A stretch of DNA of 45,353 nucleotides from positions 1 to 45,353 of the forward strand of contig CAYQXZ010000002.1 of assembly GCA_964421645.1 (NCBI GenBank), given 5' to 3'. The stretch comes from an uncultured bacterium. GTDB taxonomy: Bacteria > Ratteibacteria > UBA8468 > B48-G9 > JAFGKM01. Below the pieces are notes generated by a model that did not search any database, was not told the DNA's origin, and worked only from the letters and a program-made list of their open reading frames with translations. The translations under genes were made by a program, and so were the position numbers. Positions 44,314 through 45,353 of the stretch are shown here, one piece after another. The stretch's first letter is position 1, and every line of letters begins with the position of its first letter.

Positions 44314-45353
44314 TCAAAAGGAAGCAGCCGGGAAATGGAGGATCAAGGCAGAGAAAAGGTTTACGGTATAGGGCAGCACTTTCTCGTCTATTGAGAAGTT
44401 ATTGTTGTGATTGGTACCGTACCTGTCTCCTATTCCCACGAACAGGTAGGAAGACGGGACCTTCCGGGAAAAGAACGCAAAATCCTCTCCTCCCATGACG
44501 GGATGGAAATCAGCTATATTCCTTCCCGAGAACATGTCTCTGGTAAGATGCTCAAGAAGGGTCGTTAATTTCCTGTCATTGATGCAGGCCAGTGAATAAC
44601 TGTCGTAGCTCATTTTTGCGGCACACCCGAAACCCCGGGCTATTGCAGAAATCTTGTTTTCCATTTCTGTCTTTATCCTGTCCCGGATCATGTCATCAAG
44701 GGTTCTTACCGTGCCGCCGAGCTCAACCGTTTCTGGAATTATGTTGTAGGCATCCCCGCCTGAAATTTTACAGACCGATATCACCGCAGGTTTCAGCGGG
44801 CTTATATTCCTGCTGACTATCGTCTGAAGACCTTCTATGATCGCCGCAGAACATATCACGGGGTCTTTGGTAAGCTCGGGAGCCGAACCGTGCCCGCCCT
44901 TTCCCTTTACGGTAATGTGGAAGAAATCCGTGGTCGCCATCACGGAACCTACGCCGAACCAGAGCTTGTACATCGGCATGGTGGGGAAGAAGTGAAACCC
45001 CATAAGATAATCAACACCCTTCAGAACGCCCTCCTTTATCATCACCGAGGCGCCCCCGGGAGGTTTTTCCTCGCATGGCTGGAAAATCAGCCTGACGTTC
45101 ACATTGAGATGTTTTTCCAGTTTTTTCAGGACTTTCGCAACGCCAAGCAGCACCGCCGTATGGCCGTCGTGCCCGCAGGCATGCATAACCCCTTTATTGA
45201 CCGATGCAAAAGGAAGGCCCGTCTTCTCTTCAACAGGCAGGGCATCCATGTCAGCCCGCAATCCCACAGTTATGTCCGCACCTTTCTCCAAGTATCCGAC
45301 AACGCCGGTCTTTGCCATGGCCTTGAAAGGAATACCTGCTTTCTTGAGAACGT
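44314..45353 (-). CDS. M20D-family amidohydrolase (aminoacylase / hippurate hydrolase-like), N-terminally truncated by the window edge
   Basis: MHACGHDGH metal-binding motif and an M20D dimerisation-domain pattern. The reading frame stays open upstream of the track Met (...VLKKAGIPFKAMAKTG) to the window end. Confidence 0.8.
   Translation of the reverse strand, partial: VLKKAGIPFKAMAKTGVVGYLEKGADITVGLRADMDALPVEEKTGLPFASVNKGVMHACGHDGHTAVLLGVAKVLKKLEKHLNVNVRLIFQPCEEKPPGGASVMIKEGVLKGVDYLMGFHFFPTMPMYKLWFGVGSVMATTDFFHITVKGKGGHGSAPELTKDPVICSAAIIEGLQTIVSRNISPLKPAVISVCKISGGDAYNIIPETVELGGTVRTLDDMIRDRIKTEMENKISAIARGFGCAAKMSYDSYSLACINDRKLTTLLEHLTRDMFSGRNIADFHPVMGGEDFAFFSRKVPSSYLFVGIGDRYGTNHNNNFSIDEKVLPYTVNLFSALILHFPAASF

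Noticed and set aside
1-45353. Search for CRISPR arrays, IS elements, integrases, reverse transcriptases, rRNA and prophage genes
   Set aside because: None of the ORF translations shows transposase (DDE), tyrosine/serine recombinase, RT (YxDD) or Cas motifs. I saw no regularly spaced repeat array. The only repeats found are those reported above.

Overview
Bacterial chromosomal window, tightly packed with many 4-100 nt gene overlaps and dominated by housekeeping genes. Minus-strand block: addB-addA-gerM-like-rpmE-prfA-(TPR/HEAT protein)-prmC. A lipid cluster follows (LpxL-family acyltransferase, polyprenol/DAG-kinase-like protein, plsY). Then come pyrK-pyrD, an O-antigen-ligase-like protein, PSP1/RicT, metG-pyrH-frr-cmk, rpsO-pnp-(fucI-like), hisS-aspS, a LysM lipoprotein, phoH-ybeY-(dgkA-PAP2 fusion)-DUF502-recO, two-subunit class I fumarase, tRNA-Arg(GCG) and tRNA-Pro(CGG), and a URO-D-like / D-aminoacylase / M20 amidohydrolase cluster that runs off the right edge. 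I saw no rRNA, CRISPR array, transposase, integrase or reverse transcriptase. Accessory material sits in small pockets. (1) 12.1-15.1 kb: a module (ubiB, phasin-like, MNT/HepT toxin-antitoxin) bracketed by a 56-bp near-identical direct repeat of the plsY promoter and 5-prime coding end, with a third diverged copy inside it. (2) 15.2-17.4 kb: secreted C39-like peptidase and beta-helix protein. (3) 26.2-27.2 kb: a compact wHTH plus minimal-nucleotidyltransferase cassette with a consensus promoter and twin palindromic operators. (4) 40.5-41.5 kb: tRNA-fragment scars plus vapBC. (5) 37.34-37.62 kb: a G+C-rich 270-nt spacer closed by a 24-bp inverted repeat, which I cannot assign to any known RNA family or mobile element. 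Items (5) and (1) are my best candidates for something undescribed. All calls come from reading the sequence and ORF translations; no database search was run.
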